A DNA stretch of 63,005 bases, filler included, from Octopus bimaculoides (GCF_001194135.2; 6 parts of 6 records of this genome joined end to end with filler, not necessarily neighbours in it); one strand, 5' to 3'; positions 13,002 to 27,787 are shown, counted from the whole stretch's first letter. The notes: a model not told the origin generated them from the sequence alone. Numbers and translations are program-made.

Positions 13002-15339
13002 ATATATATATATATATATACATACGCATAAATGCTTATATTGATACATGATTATATACATATACGTATATGTGTAGGTATGTATTTATGTATCAATGAT
13101 TTTATGCTTCTTTACATGATGTATTTTATCTGTGTGTATAGAAATGTACCTATCAATGCAGGATCTGTGTTAACTCGCTGGATTATAAGTATGTATATAT
13201 GATGGAGTGTATGTATATTTGTGTATCTATATATGTGTGTGGGTGTATGTGTTTGTGTGTGTATAAATGAGCAACGATATTCACATATACATTCCAAGGA
13301 ATTTTAATGAATTCTCAACATGATAATATGATTTTCAATTAACCATTTCCACACTAGGGGGTCTCAAGTTATTTAAATATCCCCCTCTTAACTCTTCAAC
13401 CAGAAACATAAACAGAAAATATATCTCTGTGTTTTATTCATATTCGAGAATGAACGTTCAGTTTTGGAAACTTAAACTATGCTACAAAATTAGAAAACTC
13501 TTCTCTGCTGTAATTACCTTTATGTTTATTATTCTCGATACCTTCAACTTTAATGTTGTATTTTCTTTCTCTCATGGATATAAAGTCGTGTTTTGTTGTC
13601 TACGTGAATGAGAGATCTGCTTCAGATCTCGTATTATTATGCGCTATCTGATAAATGACGTTTCAATATCAGACCCTACCATGCTTTCTTACTTTCTTGG
13701 TGATCAGAGCTTTGAATGATATGTAAGCCCAACTTCAACACAGTATGGAGATTATATCACGAATTGACGGTGATGTAATTAACGAAAACATTCGAGATGA
13801 AGGTAAAATTTAGCTTCATGTATATACAGGAAAAAATAATAACCAAAACTCTACGTTCATAAGTCTTTCTTAGAATGAGAATTCGATTTTAAGGTTTAGT
13901 GCAAGTGTCAGTCGGATAAAGTGATAGAAGTTTCTTTAGTGGCTGTGCAGCCGCTATTTTTCATAATAATATCAATGGTGATAAAGAGACATAAATAATC
14001 ACTTCTAATAAAGGAAAAATCTCTGAAATTTGCCGGGAAGGGACCAGTCAAACACATCGACTCCAGTGTTTCACTGGTACTTAATTGCTTGACACAGAAA
14101 GGATGAAAGGCAAAGTAGACCTTGGCGGAATTTGAACTTGTTGGAACATTACGACCAACATGTTTAATATTCTGGCATCTCTGTGCCGTATAAAGAGCCA
14201 TAAATAATAATAATAAGAAGAATATAAGGGATAGGCAGATAGATAGACAAACATATAGGTAATTAGGTAATCAAACCGCCAAATAATTTAATAGACTAAA
14301 TGATGGACAAACAGATAGATAGATAGACAGAAAGGTAGATAAAGAGACAGACAGACATATATATAGACAGACATATAGACAGACAGGCAGACATACAGAC
14401 AGATAGATAAATAAATAGATAGATAGATAGATATATATATATATATATATATATAGATAGATAGATAGATAGATAGACAGATAGATATAATGGAGAGTTG
14501 TATCGCAACTTGCCGAGGCATTTGCGAAATTCCAAATGCCCAGAAAATCAGATGAAATGAGTTTCTTTTTCCATTCATTTGACCGTAGCTGTGCTTGGGC
14601 GATGCCTGAATATAGACATACATAAGTAAATATACAAATATGTACATACATACATACATACATACATAATATGTACACACATAAACATATACATATATTT
14701 GTGTATAATATTGACTATATTGATACATATGCATATGTGTATATATACATACACTTACACAGACACAGAGACACACATACACACATATATATATCACCAA
14801 ATACAGCGAGAGAAAACAGTGTTACTCATTCCATATTTATAAATATAGCAGGCAGGAACACACTGAAATAACACGCAAGAAAAAAAGCTACATCAAAAAC
14901 AGAGTACTTCAAGTTAAGCCGGTAAACCGTTGTCAACAGATTGATATCGGAGCGAGTATTGACTAACATCAGTCAACAAAATCAAAAACTAGATCGCTCC
15001 TCCCCGCTTGGTCAAAAATGTCATCACTATGATCAGCGCCGCCTTCTCCATCATATGAATGATATTACCAATTTAACACCGTTAACTATCAACCGATTTA
15101 AACATGACAAACACGAAGAACTGTAACAAAAAGACAAACAACGATAACCAAACAAAAATCAGTGAAAAATATGACGAACAAAATGATGATATAAAGACGG
15201 CAAGACTATCATCAAAAGGCAGCCATCTTTGTATATAACGTTGATATCTCTGTCGCTCTTATTGTGAAGTAAAAACTTTTTGATAATCTGCTGACATTTC
15301 AAACAGAGCCGAGACAGGCCGCGCTTATCTTGCTGGCAT

Positions 15340-15385
<46 letters not shown>

Positions 15386-15552
15386 GCTACAAACATCAGA
15401 AGAAAAATAATCAGGAAAAAAAAATGCAAGAAGAAAAGAATTGCCAAAAAAATACAAGAACAGCATTATAATCAACATCAGTAACGTTATCAGGAAAATA
15501 AAAAAAAGTAGGAGCAATAAGATTGATAACCACAACAACAACACCAACAAAC

Positions 15553-15632
<80 letters not shown>

Positions 15633-15750
15633 NNNNNNNNNNNNNNNNNNNNNNNNNNNNNNNNNNNNNNNNNNNNTTAATTAATTAANNNNNNNNNNNN
15701 NNNNNNNNNNNNNNNNNNNNNNNNNNNNNNNNATATATATATATACACAC

Positions 15751-15783
<33 letters not shown>

Positions 15784-16675
15784 CTATAGCGTATTTATAA
15801 TGGTGTATATTGCATGTGATTATTGACGATTTAAAGTCAATTTCTCAGCGTATTGACATAAAAAAATGTTATCCTATAGCGTTCAGCATACACATATTTT
15901 TTCACGTCTGGCCGTATAGCCTTTCCTGTTTGTTTTCACTGTTTCGTCTTCCTGTCTTGTTTTCTGTCCGCCACTACATTCCTCCACGTTACAAGTTTAA
16001 TTTGTCTCCGTGGGAAGAGCCGTTCTAACAATGCATCCTGCCCTAAATCTTCGAAACGCTTAGTTTTAGAACGGTGGCAGCTGATGAAGGAAAAGTTGCC
16101 TATGTGGCCTGTGCGTTTTCTGTACTCTGTTTATCATTTTTTCCACGTTTTTTTGCGACGTTCTGTACCCAGATATGCATCTATATATACATGTAGATGT
16201 AGGTAGGTACGTATATGTACGTATATATGCATATACTCGCATATTATTTCTATTATTATATGATCGAACGCTATATATATATATATTTATATATATATAT
16301 TTATAAACATATAGGGATCAGCAGGAGTTGCTTCACCAACATACTGAAAATTTAGAAATAGCAGTTAAAAAACTAACTAATTCTAACTACAATTTTTTGT
16401 CCAACGGATGGCGATATTTATGGCACACAGTACAAAACAGAAGAGAAAATAAACGAAAACAAACTTGCCGTTAATTAATCATGTACGACGTTTCGTGATT
16501 AGAATATAAAATTTCTTTCCACTCATTAGCATGATTATATTATATATATATATGTATATGTATATGTATATATATATATAAACATTAATATATATTATAT
16601 ATATATATATGTTAAAGTTTATATATGTACACACACATACATATGCATACATATACTCATACATATCACACATGT

Positions 16676-16718
<43 letters not shown>

Positions 16719-16939
16719 TTCATAGTATCATTACATGCACGTTGAGATAATTACCTTTCAAGCTATGATCAAGCTCTTTAAGGTAGAGGTCGTTGATACA
16801 GTGTGTGTGTATGTGTGGAGGGGGTCGAGGGGGGGGCTTGTACGTGTGTGTGTAGACACATGACCTACATTAACTGTTCTAATTTTCTTTTATGTAGTGT
16901 ATCTTTATTGTCTAATGTAGTTATGTATAACTACATTCT

Positions 16940-17680
16940 TAAGTGTGTCTTTCGGCCATAGTGTATCTAGGACTACCTTATATAATGTGTTATTTAGATA
17001 CAGCCTTCAGTTGTTGCATAGATAAGGCTTCATTATCTAATGTTCTCTTCAGCCATAGGGTATCTTGGACTACATCCGCTATAATGCTCTTCAGTCATAA
17101 TGTATCTAGGACTTCATTATACAATGTGCACTTTAGACATAGCGTACCTAAGACCATATCACCTAATATGTCTTTCAATCATAATGTATCTAGGACTACA
17201 TTGTCTTATGTCCTATCGACATAATGTATCTAGGGTTACATGAGCTAATGTGCCCTTTAGACGTAATGTATCTAGGACTACATTGTCTTATGAGTCCTTC
17301 AGTCATTGTTTATCTAGGCCTACATTATGTAATGTGTTCTGTTAGCAGTGTATTTTGGATTCCCTTATCTAATGTGCCTTTCTGTCACGATATATCTAGG
17401 CCTACATTATGTAATGTGTTCTGTTAGCAGTGTATTTTGGATTCCCTTATCTAATGTGCCTTTCTGTCACGATGTATCTAGGTCTACATTATCTAATGTG
17501 TTCCTCAGCCAAAGTGTATCTAAGACTACATTATTGAATGATGAGGACTACACTATCCAATGTGTTCCTTAAAATATAATGAAATATAGTGACATTGCCC
17601 AATGTCTCATCTTGTCATAGTGTACCTGGGGCTACAATATGAAGTATGTCATTTAGACGTAATATATCTAGGCTTCTATT
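16940..17680. repeat. Degenerate minisatellite, unit about 41-42 bp (tgtatctaggactacattatctaatgtg...)
   Basis: Units start at 17101, 17143, 17185; an 82-bp dimer is duplicated almost exactly (17311 vs 17393). Confidence 0.85.
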
Positions 17681-17979
17681 ATATCTATGACATCATTGTC
17701 ACCGTTAACACCACCACAACCACTACCATCATCACCACCACCACCACCATCACCACCATCACCACTACCACCACCAACACCACTAACACCACCAACACCA
17801 CCAACACCACAACCACCACCATCACCATCACCACCACCACCACCACCACTACCATATATAGTAGTGGTAGTGGTGATGGTGGAGTAGGAAAAGAGAAAGA
17901 AGAAGAAAGAAAAGGAAAAGACGGGAGTGGTATGACTACTAGACTGTTCGTGAAATCTTCTTTGATGGCCAAGTGACCT

Positions 17980-19465
17980 AAAAGTGACCTGCTGTGGTTG
18001 TAGCAGTAGTGATTGGAATTGTTCTGAATAAATTCATGGATAGTGGCTGTTCTGAATCTATCGTTTTTAATATTTGCGTGGGTATTATTCTCAGATCCTT
18101 GTAGTAGTGTGTCATCTGTGATGGAAGCATTCAAAAGGAGTTTATATTTTGCGATGAAATATGATTCTTTGCTAATGCGCTGGTTATAGGTTGCATTGTC
18201 CCTAAATTTATTGAGGGGAAAAATTCTGAAGTTGGGTTGTTCGTTAGTGACGCAAATGTCGATGTGTTCGCTTAATGCTATTTTTCTGTATTCCCGAATT
18301 TTAATCTGGGATCTGTGTACGGTCATCCTTGGACGTAGACTATTTTTGGTTTGGCCTGTGTATTGCTCTCGATACCCTGAGCAAGTTAATACATATATTA
18401 AGTTTTCCGAAGCACATGTGAAGTTGTTTTTCACTATAAAACGTTGACCTTGTTTGAAGGCGAACGCCAATCCCTCAATTAGTTTGACGCATATACCACA
18501 ATTAGGTCCTCCGCATTTTTTTACTGACGGTTTCGATGTTGTTGACGAGTGTACTTGGGCTTGTGTTAGAAGACTTTTCATTGACTTGGGTTGTCTTTTG
18601 CTTTTTATGATGGTGTACGTTTGGAGGATTTGATTCATTCTGTGATCCCTTTTTAGTAAAGGAATGCTCTGGAGGATGGTGTCGAAGGCTTCATTGTTTA
18701 GGGGGTTGTGTGTGGATATGTATGGTATGGCTTTTGGTTATAAACCCTCTTTAGTTTGGGATGTCTGAGTTCGTGGCTGTTGAGTTGTATGGCAAGTTGG
18801 AAACCTATATCAATTAGAGATGGCGGGTAGTCCCTGCTGATGTGTGTATCCATTAGCTCATGTAGTCGTGTGTCCCTGGTACTTGTATCAGATACTATAG
18901 TACAAATCCTTTTTGCTAGGGTGAAAAGGATATTCATTCTAGTGTCTAGGGTGGTATGAGTTGAACGGTAGATATTGCTTGGAGTTCGTGGGCTTATAGT
19001 ATATGTTTGTTTCTATTTTGTTGTTGGATTTCTTAATGAGGATGTCGAGGAATGGAAGCTGTTAATGGCTATATTCCATCGTAAATTGAATGTTTATGTC
19101 AAGTTCAATTAGAAGTGCATGAAATTCTTTAAGTCTCTCTATGCTTTCATGCCAAAGAATGAAACAATCATCTAGATACCTCTTCCAGTTATTTTCTATG
19201 TAGAGAGAGAATGGGTTACCGTATTTTTCTAGTACTTAACGATAAAGATTGATTTCTAGATATCCCATGACAAGATTAGCAAAGGAGGAGGCCATTCTCG
19301 TACCCATCGCAGTCCCCGATTTTTGTCGATAGAAGCTGTCTTTGAAGACGAAGAAGTTATTCTCCAAAATGAATTTTAGCCCTTCTATTACGAATTCTTT
19401 TTTGATGTGGTGTGGGAGTTCATTAGAGTAATTCTCTAGCCAGAATTGGATTGCCTCTATTCCTA
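17980..19465 (-). mobile_element. Penelope-like retroelement, 5'-truncated, RT plus GIY-YIG endonuclease, disrupted
   Basis: Minus strand reads FYRQKSGTAMGTRMA...WKRYLDDCFILW...LPFLDILI (RT) and CGGPNCGIC...NLIYVLTCSGYREQYTGQT...RMTVH (GIY-YIG); stops and frameshifts. Confidence 0.92.
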
Positions 19466-19564
19466 TATATATATATATATGTATTACTTTCTTACAATTC
19501 TTTCCACGACTCTACCGCCCATACTTCTAATCTGTCTATTTTCATTTTTATTTATACTTTTAAC

Positions 19565-19623
<59 letters not shown>

Positions 19624-20229
19624 GTTCAGTAGTTTTATTTTTATAACGTGCTTGCACTTCACTACCGAGCGCAGCTCTGTGCGCTTTGGGTATGTGCTGT
19701 GGTTTGCTGTGGTGCTCTTATGGTTACTGTATTGAAAGTGTTTTGCGTAGAATGTGTGCAGTGCCCATTATTATTATTATTATTTTATGTTTGACTTTTG
19801 TTTTGCATTTGTACAAGTTGGATCCAAGTCTCACCCAGAGACCTAAAGAGACAACAAGTTAGAAGTTCATGTAGGTGTTATGCNNNNNNNNNNNNNNNNN
19901 NNNNNNNNNNNNNNNNNNNNNNNNNNNNNNNNNNNNNNNNNNNNNNNNNNNNNNNNNNNNNNNNNNNNNNNNNNNNNNNNNNNNNNNNNNNNNNNNNNNN
20001 NNNNNNNNNNNNNNNNNNNNNNNNNNNNNNNNNNNNNNNNNNNNNNNNNNNNNNNNNNNNNNNNNNNNNNNNNNNNNNNNNNNNNNNNNNNNNNNNNNNN
20101 NNNNNNNNNNNNNNNNNNNNNNNNNNNNNNNNNNNNNNNNNNNNNNNNNNNNNNNNNNNNNNNNNNNNNNNNNNNNNNNNNNNNNNNNNNNNNNNNNNNN
20201 NNNNNNNNNNNNNNNNNNNNNNNNNNNNN

Positions 20230-20276
<47 letters not shown>

Positions 20277-20280
20277 GTTG

Positions 20281-20333
<53 letters not shown>

Positions 20334-20337
20334 GTTA

Positions 20338-20378
<41 letters not shown>

Positions 20379-20888
20379 GTTATTATTATTATCATTATTA
20401 TTATTATTATAATTACTCATCTGGCTGTTCTATTTTCTATTGTATTCATTATATCTCTTTTTTTACTAAATACACAACAGAATTACTACAATTTTTATGT
20501 TTATACCTCATACTGTACGTTTCTATTACATGGATCTATCAATATTACACAATTCGGTCAGTTACTGTGCTACAATCTTTCATGGTAAGGGTATACTTCC
20601 ATATCAGCACTCAATCATAATTCTCCAGCATTGCTATTCATTCCATTTCTATTTAATTGTATTTTATTGCTACCTTATTTTTTTCTCATTACATTTTTCA
20701 TTTCATTTTATCACTCGCCCTTTTCCTGCCGCATCATATATGTGGCATTCCTGATAACTTAAAGTTCGTATTTTTGTGGCTGTGTATANNNNNNNNNNNN
20801 NNNNNNNNNNNNNNNNNNNNNNNNNNNNNNNNNNNNNNNNNNNNNNNNNNNNNNNNNNNNNNNNNNNNNNNNNNNNNNNNNNNNNNNN

Positions 20889-20987
20889 CATGAACTCATC
20901 GATGAAAATCCACTGTCACATATAGAAAAATTAATAAGCAAAAGCACAGTAAATAATTATAATATAATACAAAGTAAATATCATAAG

Positions 20988-21046
<59 letters not shown>

Positions 21047-21276
21047 CCTTTCTACTATAGACACAAGGCCTGAAATTTGAGGGGAGGGGACGAGTCGATT
21101 ACATCGACCCCAGTGCGTAACTGGTACTTTATTTATCGATCCCGAAAGAATGAAAGGCAACGTCGACCTCGGCGGAATATATTATACCCATTTATTGTGC
21201 TTTTAATTATTAATTTTTCTGTATGTGATAGTGGATTTTTATCGATGAGTTCATGAACTTTCGTTCTTTTTCCTAA
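20889..21276. mobile_element. Palindromic MITE interrupted by (AAT)n and a family-C SINE fragment
   Basis: Arms catgaactcatcgatgaaaatccactgtcacatatagaaaaatt / aatttttctgtatgtgatagtggatttttatcgatgagttcatg; same family as 35456-35616. Confidence 0.75.
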
Positions 21277-21589
21277 AACTATATATATAAGAATAAGTCC
21301 TGGGGTCGATTTGTTCGACTAGAAGGCGGTGCTCCACCATGGCCTCAGTCAAATGACTGAAAGAGTAAAAGAATAAAAGAATATATGCATAAGGAAGGCA
21401 GCTATACACAATACAAAACCAAAAAGAAAAAATTCAATCGTCATTAATTGTGACTGATGGTGCAGGGTATCACCTACAGTGCTAGAAACAAGCATGGCTG
21501 TGTGGTAAGAATCTTGCTTTTTCGACTACATAGTTCCGGGTTCAGTTCCACTGTGTGGTACCTTGGGCGAGTGTCTTCTTTTTTTCTTA

Positions 21590-21810
21590 TTGCCCACAAG
21601 GGGCTAAACATAGAGGGGACAAACAAGGACAGACAAAGGGATTAAGTCGATTACATCGACCCCAGTCCGTAACTGGTACTTAATTTATCTACCCCGAAAG
21701 GATAAAAGGCAAAGTCGGCCTCGGCGGAATTTGAACTCAGAACGTAACGGCAGACGAAATACTGCTAAGCATTTCGCCCGGCGTGCTAACGTTTCTGCCA
21801 GCTCGCCGGC
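21590..21810 (-). mobile_element. tRNA-derived SINE family C
   Basis: Reverse complement of ggcgagctggcagaaacgttagcacgccgggcgaaatgc...gagttcaaattccgcc. Confidence 0.8.
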
Positions 21811-22284
21811 GAGTGTCTTCTACTATGGCCACGGGTCGACCAAAGCGTTGTGAGTGGATGTGGTAGACGGACACACACTCACTTACACACACACACACAC
21901 GTGTGTATGTTTGCCCCCTCCCCACCCCGCTTGACAGCAGGTGTTGACGTGTTTTCGTCCGCATAACTTAGTGGTTCGGCAAAAGTAATCAATAAAATAA
22001 GTTCCAAACTTTAAAACAGTACCACGCATATTATATATATATTATCGTTCTCGTTGTTATTATTGTCGTGGTGAGACAATGGACATAACATAAAATAAGA
22101 ACAATAATAAATGAGTGAAGAACGAATATATACTGCGTGTGTTTATTTGGCCAAAAAGACCTTCCCCAAATCTAACAATATATATGTATATACACACTCA
22201 TACATACATACATACATACATACATACATACATACATACATACATACATACATACATACATGCATGCATGCATACATACATACA

Positions 22285-22517
22285 TGTTGGCACTCCGTCG
22301 CTTACGACATCGAGGGTTCCAGTTGATCCGATCAACGGAACAGCCTGCTCGTGAAATTAACGTGCAAGTGGCTGAGCACTCCACAGACACGTGTACCCTT
22401 AACGTAGTTCTCGGGGATATTCAGCGTGACACAGTGTGACAAGGCTGACCCTTTGAATTACAGGCACAACAGAAACAGGAAGTAAGAGTGAGAGAAAGTT
22501 GTGGTGAAAGAGTACAG
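22285..22517 (-). mobile_element. SINE family B 3' part
   Basis: Reverse complement of 3070-3232 and 2520-2580. Confidence 0.8.
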
Positions 22518-25439
22518 NNNNNNNNNNNNNNNNNNNNNNNNNNNNNNNNNNNNNNNNNNNNNNNNNNNNNNNNNNNNNNNNNNNNNNNNNNNNNNNNNNN
22601 NNNNNNNNNNNNNNNNNNNNNNNNNNNNNNNNNNNNNNNNNNNNNNNNNNNNNNNNNNNNNNNNNNNNNNNNNNNNNNNNNNNNNNNNNNNNNNNNNNNN
22701 NNNNNNNNNNNNNNNNNNNNNNNNNNNNNNNNNNNNNNNNNNNNNNNNNNNNNNNNNNNNNNNNNNNNNNNNNNNNNNNNNNNNNNNNNNNNNNNNNNNN
22801 NNNNNNNNNNNNNNNNNNNNNNNNNNNNNNNNNNNNNNNNNNNNNNNNNNNNNNNNNNNNNNNNNNNNNNNNNNNNNNNNNNNNNNNNNNNNNNNNNNNN
22901 NNNNNNNNNNNNNNNNNNNNNNNNNNNNNNNNNNNNNNNNNNNNNNNNNNNNNNNNNNNNNNNNNNNNNNNNNNNNNNNNNNNNNNNNNNNNNNNNNNNN
23001 NNNNNNNNNNNNNNNNNNNNNNNNNNNNNNNNNNNNNNNNNNNNNNNNNNNNNNNNNNNNNNNNNNNNNNNNNNNNNNNNNNNNNNNNNNNNNNNNNNNN
23101 NNNNNNNNNNNNNNNNNNNNNNNNNNNNNNNNNNNNNNNNNNNNNNNNNNNNNNNNNNNNNNNNNNNNNNNNNNNNNNNNNNNNNNNNNNNNNNNNNNNN
23201 NNNNNNNNNNNNNNNNNNNNNNNNNNNNNNNNNNNNNNNNNNNNNNNNNNNNNNNNNNNNNNNNNNNNNNNNNNNNNNNNNNNNNNNNNNNNNNNNNNNN
23301 NNNNNNNNNNNNNNNNNNNNNNNNNNNTCTGTCTGTTTTTTATGTTTTATTTATATTCTTGTAAAATCAATGTGGGATATAGAATATGGAATATATAATA
23401 TAAATAGTAAAATGAAATGAAGTATTGAATGTCTTATTGAATATATGAAATATTGAGTATTAAATATAGAGTATTAAATATATAAGGACTAGTATATTTT
23501 CCTGCCTCATGGCATTCATCAAGATGCGTGTATGTGTGTGTAGCGTTTTTTTTTCACGCGCAAATTCCGTTTGGCTTTTATTACATTGGCTGACCGTTAT
23601 CTCGTATGTCAGTATGTCCCAATAACTTATCTAAGTTAGCTGTCTAGAACTTTTACGCAATCAATTGTTTGTCTTTTGCTATCTCTTCGACACCCACGGG
23701 TAAAGTAATTTTGTCACTAGTTCGCTCCACCTGTTTGTCTCTTGCTATCTCTTCGACGCTTATAGGTAAAGGAATTTTATCACCTCCCTTTCTCCTCCAC
23801 TTAACTCTCATTAAACCAGCAACCTTATTTCCTTTTAGGGTGACCTACCCTCTAACTAATACTTTCATTGGTCGTTTGACTTTCATTTTGTTTTTTTTCT
23901 TTTTCTTTTTTTCTTTCAACTCGTAATTCGTGTAATGATTAGTTCGGTAATTCATATGTTGATTTGTACACGACAATGTGAACAATAATAAAATCTGAAG
24001 ATTAGCAAACCTAGCTTTGCGTGTTACAAGATACGTAACAAGCATCGTTTTGCTGTAAAACGCTTGTAGTCCATGTTTTACCAGTTCCATTCCTTACTTT
24101 GTATGTATATATATATATATATATATGTATGTATAGGTNNNNNNNNNNNNNNNNNNNNNNNNNNNNNNNNNNNNNNNNNNNNNNNNNNNNNNNNNNNNNN
24201 NNNNNNNNNNNNNNNNNNNNNNNNNNNNNNNNNNNNNNNNNNNNNNNNNNNNNNNNNNNNNNNNNNNNNNNNNNNNNNNNNNNNNNNNNNNNNNNNNNNN
24301 NNNNNNNNNNNNNNNNNNNNNNNNNNNNNNNNNNNNNNNNNNNNNNNNNNNNNNNNNNNNNNNNNNNNNNNNNNNNNNNNNNNNNNNNNNNNNNNNNNNN
24401 NNNNNNNNNNNNNNNNNNNNNNNNNNNNNNNNNNNNNNNNNNNNNNNNNNNNNNNNNNNNNNNNNNNNNNNNNNNNNNNNNNNNNNNNNNNNNNNNNNNN
24501 NNNNNNNNNNNNNNNNNNNNNNNNNNNNNNNNNNNNNNNNNNNNNNNNNNNNNNNNNNNNNNNNNNNNNNNNNNNNNNNNNNNNNNNNNNNNNNNNNNNN
24601 NNNNNNNNNNNNNNNNNNNNNNNNNNNNNNNNNNNNNNNNNNNNNNNNNNNNNNNNNNNNNNNNNNNNNNNNNNNNNNNNNNNNNNNNNNNNNNNNNNNN
24701 NNNNNNNNNNNNNNNNNNNNNNNNNNNNNNNNNNNNNNNNNNNNNNNNNNNNATATACATATATATATCAAAATAAGCAACAAGGATATCCAAAAGCAAG
24801 GCGAGGGAACAACAAGCAGATGTATTAGTTTAACGCTCGTGAAGACTATATATATGTATGTATGTATGTGTATGTATATATATATATATATATAATTCAC
24901 AGATTAGATCCGGAGATTCTCTGTAAAGAAGACAGTAGTGCTCAAAAGATTCTGATGTCGTTACAGGGGGGGGGGTCATTCCACCCTTCTTCCACCCCTT
25001 AAATTTTCTCTGTCGTTTGTACTCTGTGTAAGCTGGACCTATTGATATAAATATCTATATATTTATACATTAAAATTCATCACCTGAAAGTTTCCACCTT
25101 TTGCTTTCTCTCGTTTTGTATGTATACATACATGTTTGACCAAAAGTCACCCGACAGTAAATCAAAATTCCATAAATACTACCTGTAATTCTGTATTGAC
25201 TCAAATGGAAAAAATGTGTCACTCAAGGATTTCAATGTGAACAATTTTCATGATGTTTCATATTTAGATGCTTTTATTAAATTCATTCAGTTGTTAAACA
25301 TAAATAAATCTTGGAATTGAATGGTTTTGATTTACTGTCAGGTAACTTTTGGCCAATCCTGTATATACATATTTTGTATTTTTATGTATTTAATATAGCT
25401 TATGCATTTAATTTGTTTATCCGCATAATTGCTCTCCTC

Positions 25440-25473
<34 letters not shown>

Positions 25474-25639
25474 NNNNNNNNNNATATATATATATATATA
25501 TATATATATACGACGAACTGTTTCCGTCGACTAAATTCACTCGCAATGCAGTGTTCGACTTCAGGCTAAGGTCGAAATCATGTGCATTTTTGAAGATAGT
25601 CAATAAACACAACACCTCTTATATCCCGAAAAACTGAGG

Positions 25640-26230
25640 CCATCATCTTATCTGCAAATAAAATAACCCTGACCATCTTTGGAGCAGGTGAGGAGAGGTG
25701 TTTTCACTGCATGGATTGTATCTGTTTCTGGCACAAAGCGTTGAAACCAACACTCACCCTGGAATAGAAAACGTTCAAGGAAACCAGCTGGATCTGCCTC
25801 AAACAATGTCAGATTTTCCCGTGATGTAATCAGCACGGTATGCTTCTAATCAGATATCAGATGTGGCACCCACGGAGCGGAAACCATCGTCATACCAAGT
25901 TCATTGTGCAGAATATTCTCAACTCTATTACAGGATATGCTATTTGATTTATAGTCAGTCACTTGTAATCCATTACCATGTGGTGAACGCGAGTATCCCT
26001 TTCGATGTTCTAATTCTTTGCATTGCGACAGGAATGCCAGCAATGAAGCTGATGAATCGGCCTAAGTCGGTGGATTTTTCATTGAATAACCATCGCTGAC
26101 GTACTGAGGGATGATTCGTATGTATCATTAATGAACATCTCTTGACAAGGTTGGCATATAATCGTGCTGAGGTGCATGATCAACCGCTGAGGCCTTATAT
26201 AAATCCTTGAGCCACACTCTATGTGAAAAA
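25640..26230 (-). mobile_element. Degenerate mariner transposase fragment
   Basis: ENILHNELGMTMVSAPWVPHL (WVPHEL motif), then FLERFLFQGECWFQRFVPET (decayed GDETW). Confidence 0.8.
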
Positions 26231-26410
26231 CAAAGAAGATTAGTAGGTCAATAATTTTTAAAATCTGCGTGGCAAAATATCTATATCTCACAACGCAGTT
26301 GTTGCTTTCGAAAGGGGTAGGTGCATATTTTCTGCAACACTTATCTTTAAATTGGTTATCTCAGCATTTTCTCTTTATGTTCTCATCAACAGATTTCATT
26401 GGTTTCTCAA

Positions 26411-26460
26411 TTAGATGAGAACAACACAGATGTTACTCAGAAATAGATTACAATATAAAA
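26411..26460 (+). promoter_or_regulatory. Promoter of peptide gene copy 1: conserved block ttagatgagaacaacaCAGATGttactcag plus TATA box TATAAAA (26454-26460)
   Basis: Same block and TATA spacing recur at 33243-33292 and 38458-38507. Confidence 0.75.
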
Positions 26461-26597
26461 GGACTTATTCTTCTTCTTAACAAACAGCACCTCACAGACA
26501 TTCCAGTAAGTTTTGCTTTTAGTGTCTTCGAATGAAATTTCTTATTTTTTCTCTCGACTTGATAATTAGGACTTCATGTTCAAACATTCTAACAAGA

Positions 26598-26646
<49 letters not shown>

Positions 26647-26737
26647 GCTAATTAGTTAGATATCTTGCAGGCTGGCTCGTTGAATAAGTATCTATCTATC
26701 TTGCTTTCTAGCTACCGTTTATTTTTGTTTTTCAGAC

Positions 26738-27756
26738 ATGAAGCTCGTCCTTTTGTTTTTAGTGCTGCTTCCCATCGTCTTCGCTGCCAGCTTCTATGAT
26801 GAGGAGGTCGACAAAAGGTTTTCGCGTAAGTAAAAACAAAATCTCCTGGAAATGTTTTGTCCACAAGAATTAGAGATATGATAGCATGATGTTGTTGTCG
26901 TTGTTGTTGTTGTTTAACTCCAAATCAATATCAGTCGAGCTGATTTGCTAGTTATCAAAGATATCTACAAATCAATGGCCTTTACAAATTGTCTGCCACA
27001 CCAGACAAAATGCTTAGCGGAAATTCTTCCGACTTTACGGTCAGAGTTCATATTCAATTGCGGTGCACTTTGCTTGTCATTCTTTCGAGGACGATAAAAT
27101 ATGTAGCAGTTGTTCAAGGATGTTGATTTATTCGATTTTTCTTTCCTTTCAAATAATCCCTTGCTTCGTAGCAAAATTAGAAATAATTATTCTTCTTGTC
27201 ACTAATATCTTATAAATCACCAAATTCAATTCCGTTTCATGTTACGTTGCTTATAACGTTGAGAAAGGCATGATTGTCATTCAATTTCATAAACTCTCCC
27301 ACAGTAAATAACATCATGATTTTCTCGATATTATAATTAAACTTCTCAGTTACACACTAAATTAAACATGAACGACAAAGTACGTTGTGGTATTTAGGTA
27401 CGTCTTTTTAAGTTATGCAGGCTTTCAATATTTTAAATGTCGCAGCTTCTGGTTCTGTTTTTCGTCTCTCGGATGTTAAGCTGTCTCAAAAATGTAAATA
27501 TTCATAGTGATTACGCTAAAAATATGCGTGGAGTCCATGTGATTATATTAAAATTCAACATTTCAAACATCATTATTCAATATTTGTTCTAATTTATTTT
27601 ACAGTCAGCGATCTAATTCAACACGTCAAAAATCTGGACCTGAGTGGTGGGTGTGTACAAGCTTGTGAAGATAACGTGAAACAGTTCTGGACGTTCATGT
27701 GCGAATTAGCCTGTAAAACGTAAGTTACTTCATGACATATACACAAACGCACATAC

Positions 27757-27787
<31 letters not shown>

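Noticed and set aside
16048-16100. GAAAC...CTGATGA motif order resembling a type-II hammerhead (also 48755-48800)
   Set aside because: I could not build convincing stems I and III or an NUH site; probably a repeat-tail coincidence or too decayed to call.
17685-17990. Val-rich extension of the 317-aa GIY-YIG ORF and Thr/Pro-rich ORFs on the plus strand
   Set aside because: Read-through into an (ACC)n microsatellite; only the GIY-YIG part is real, and it is TE-derived.
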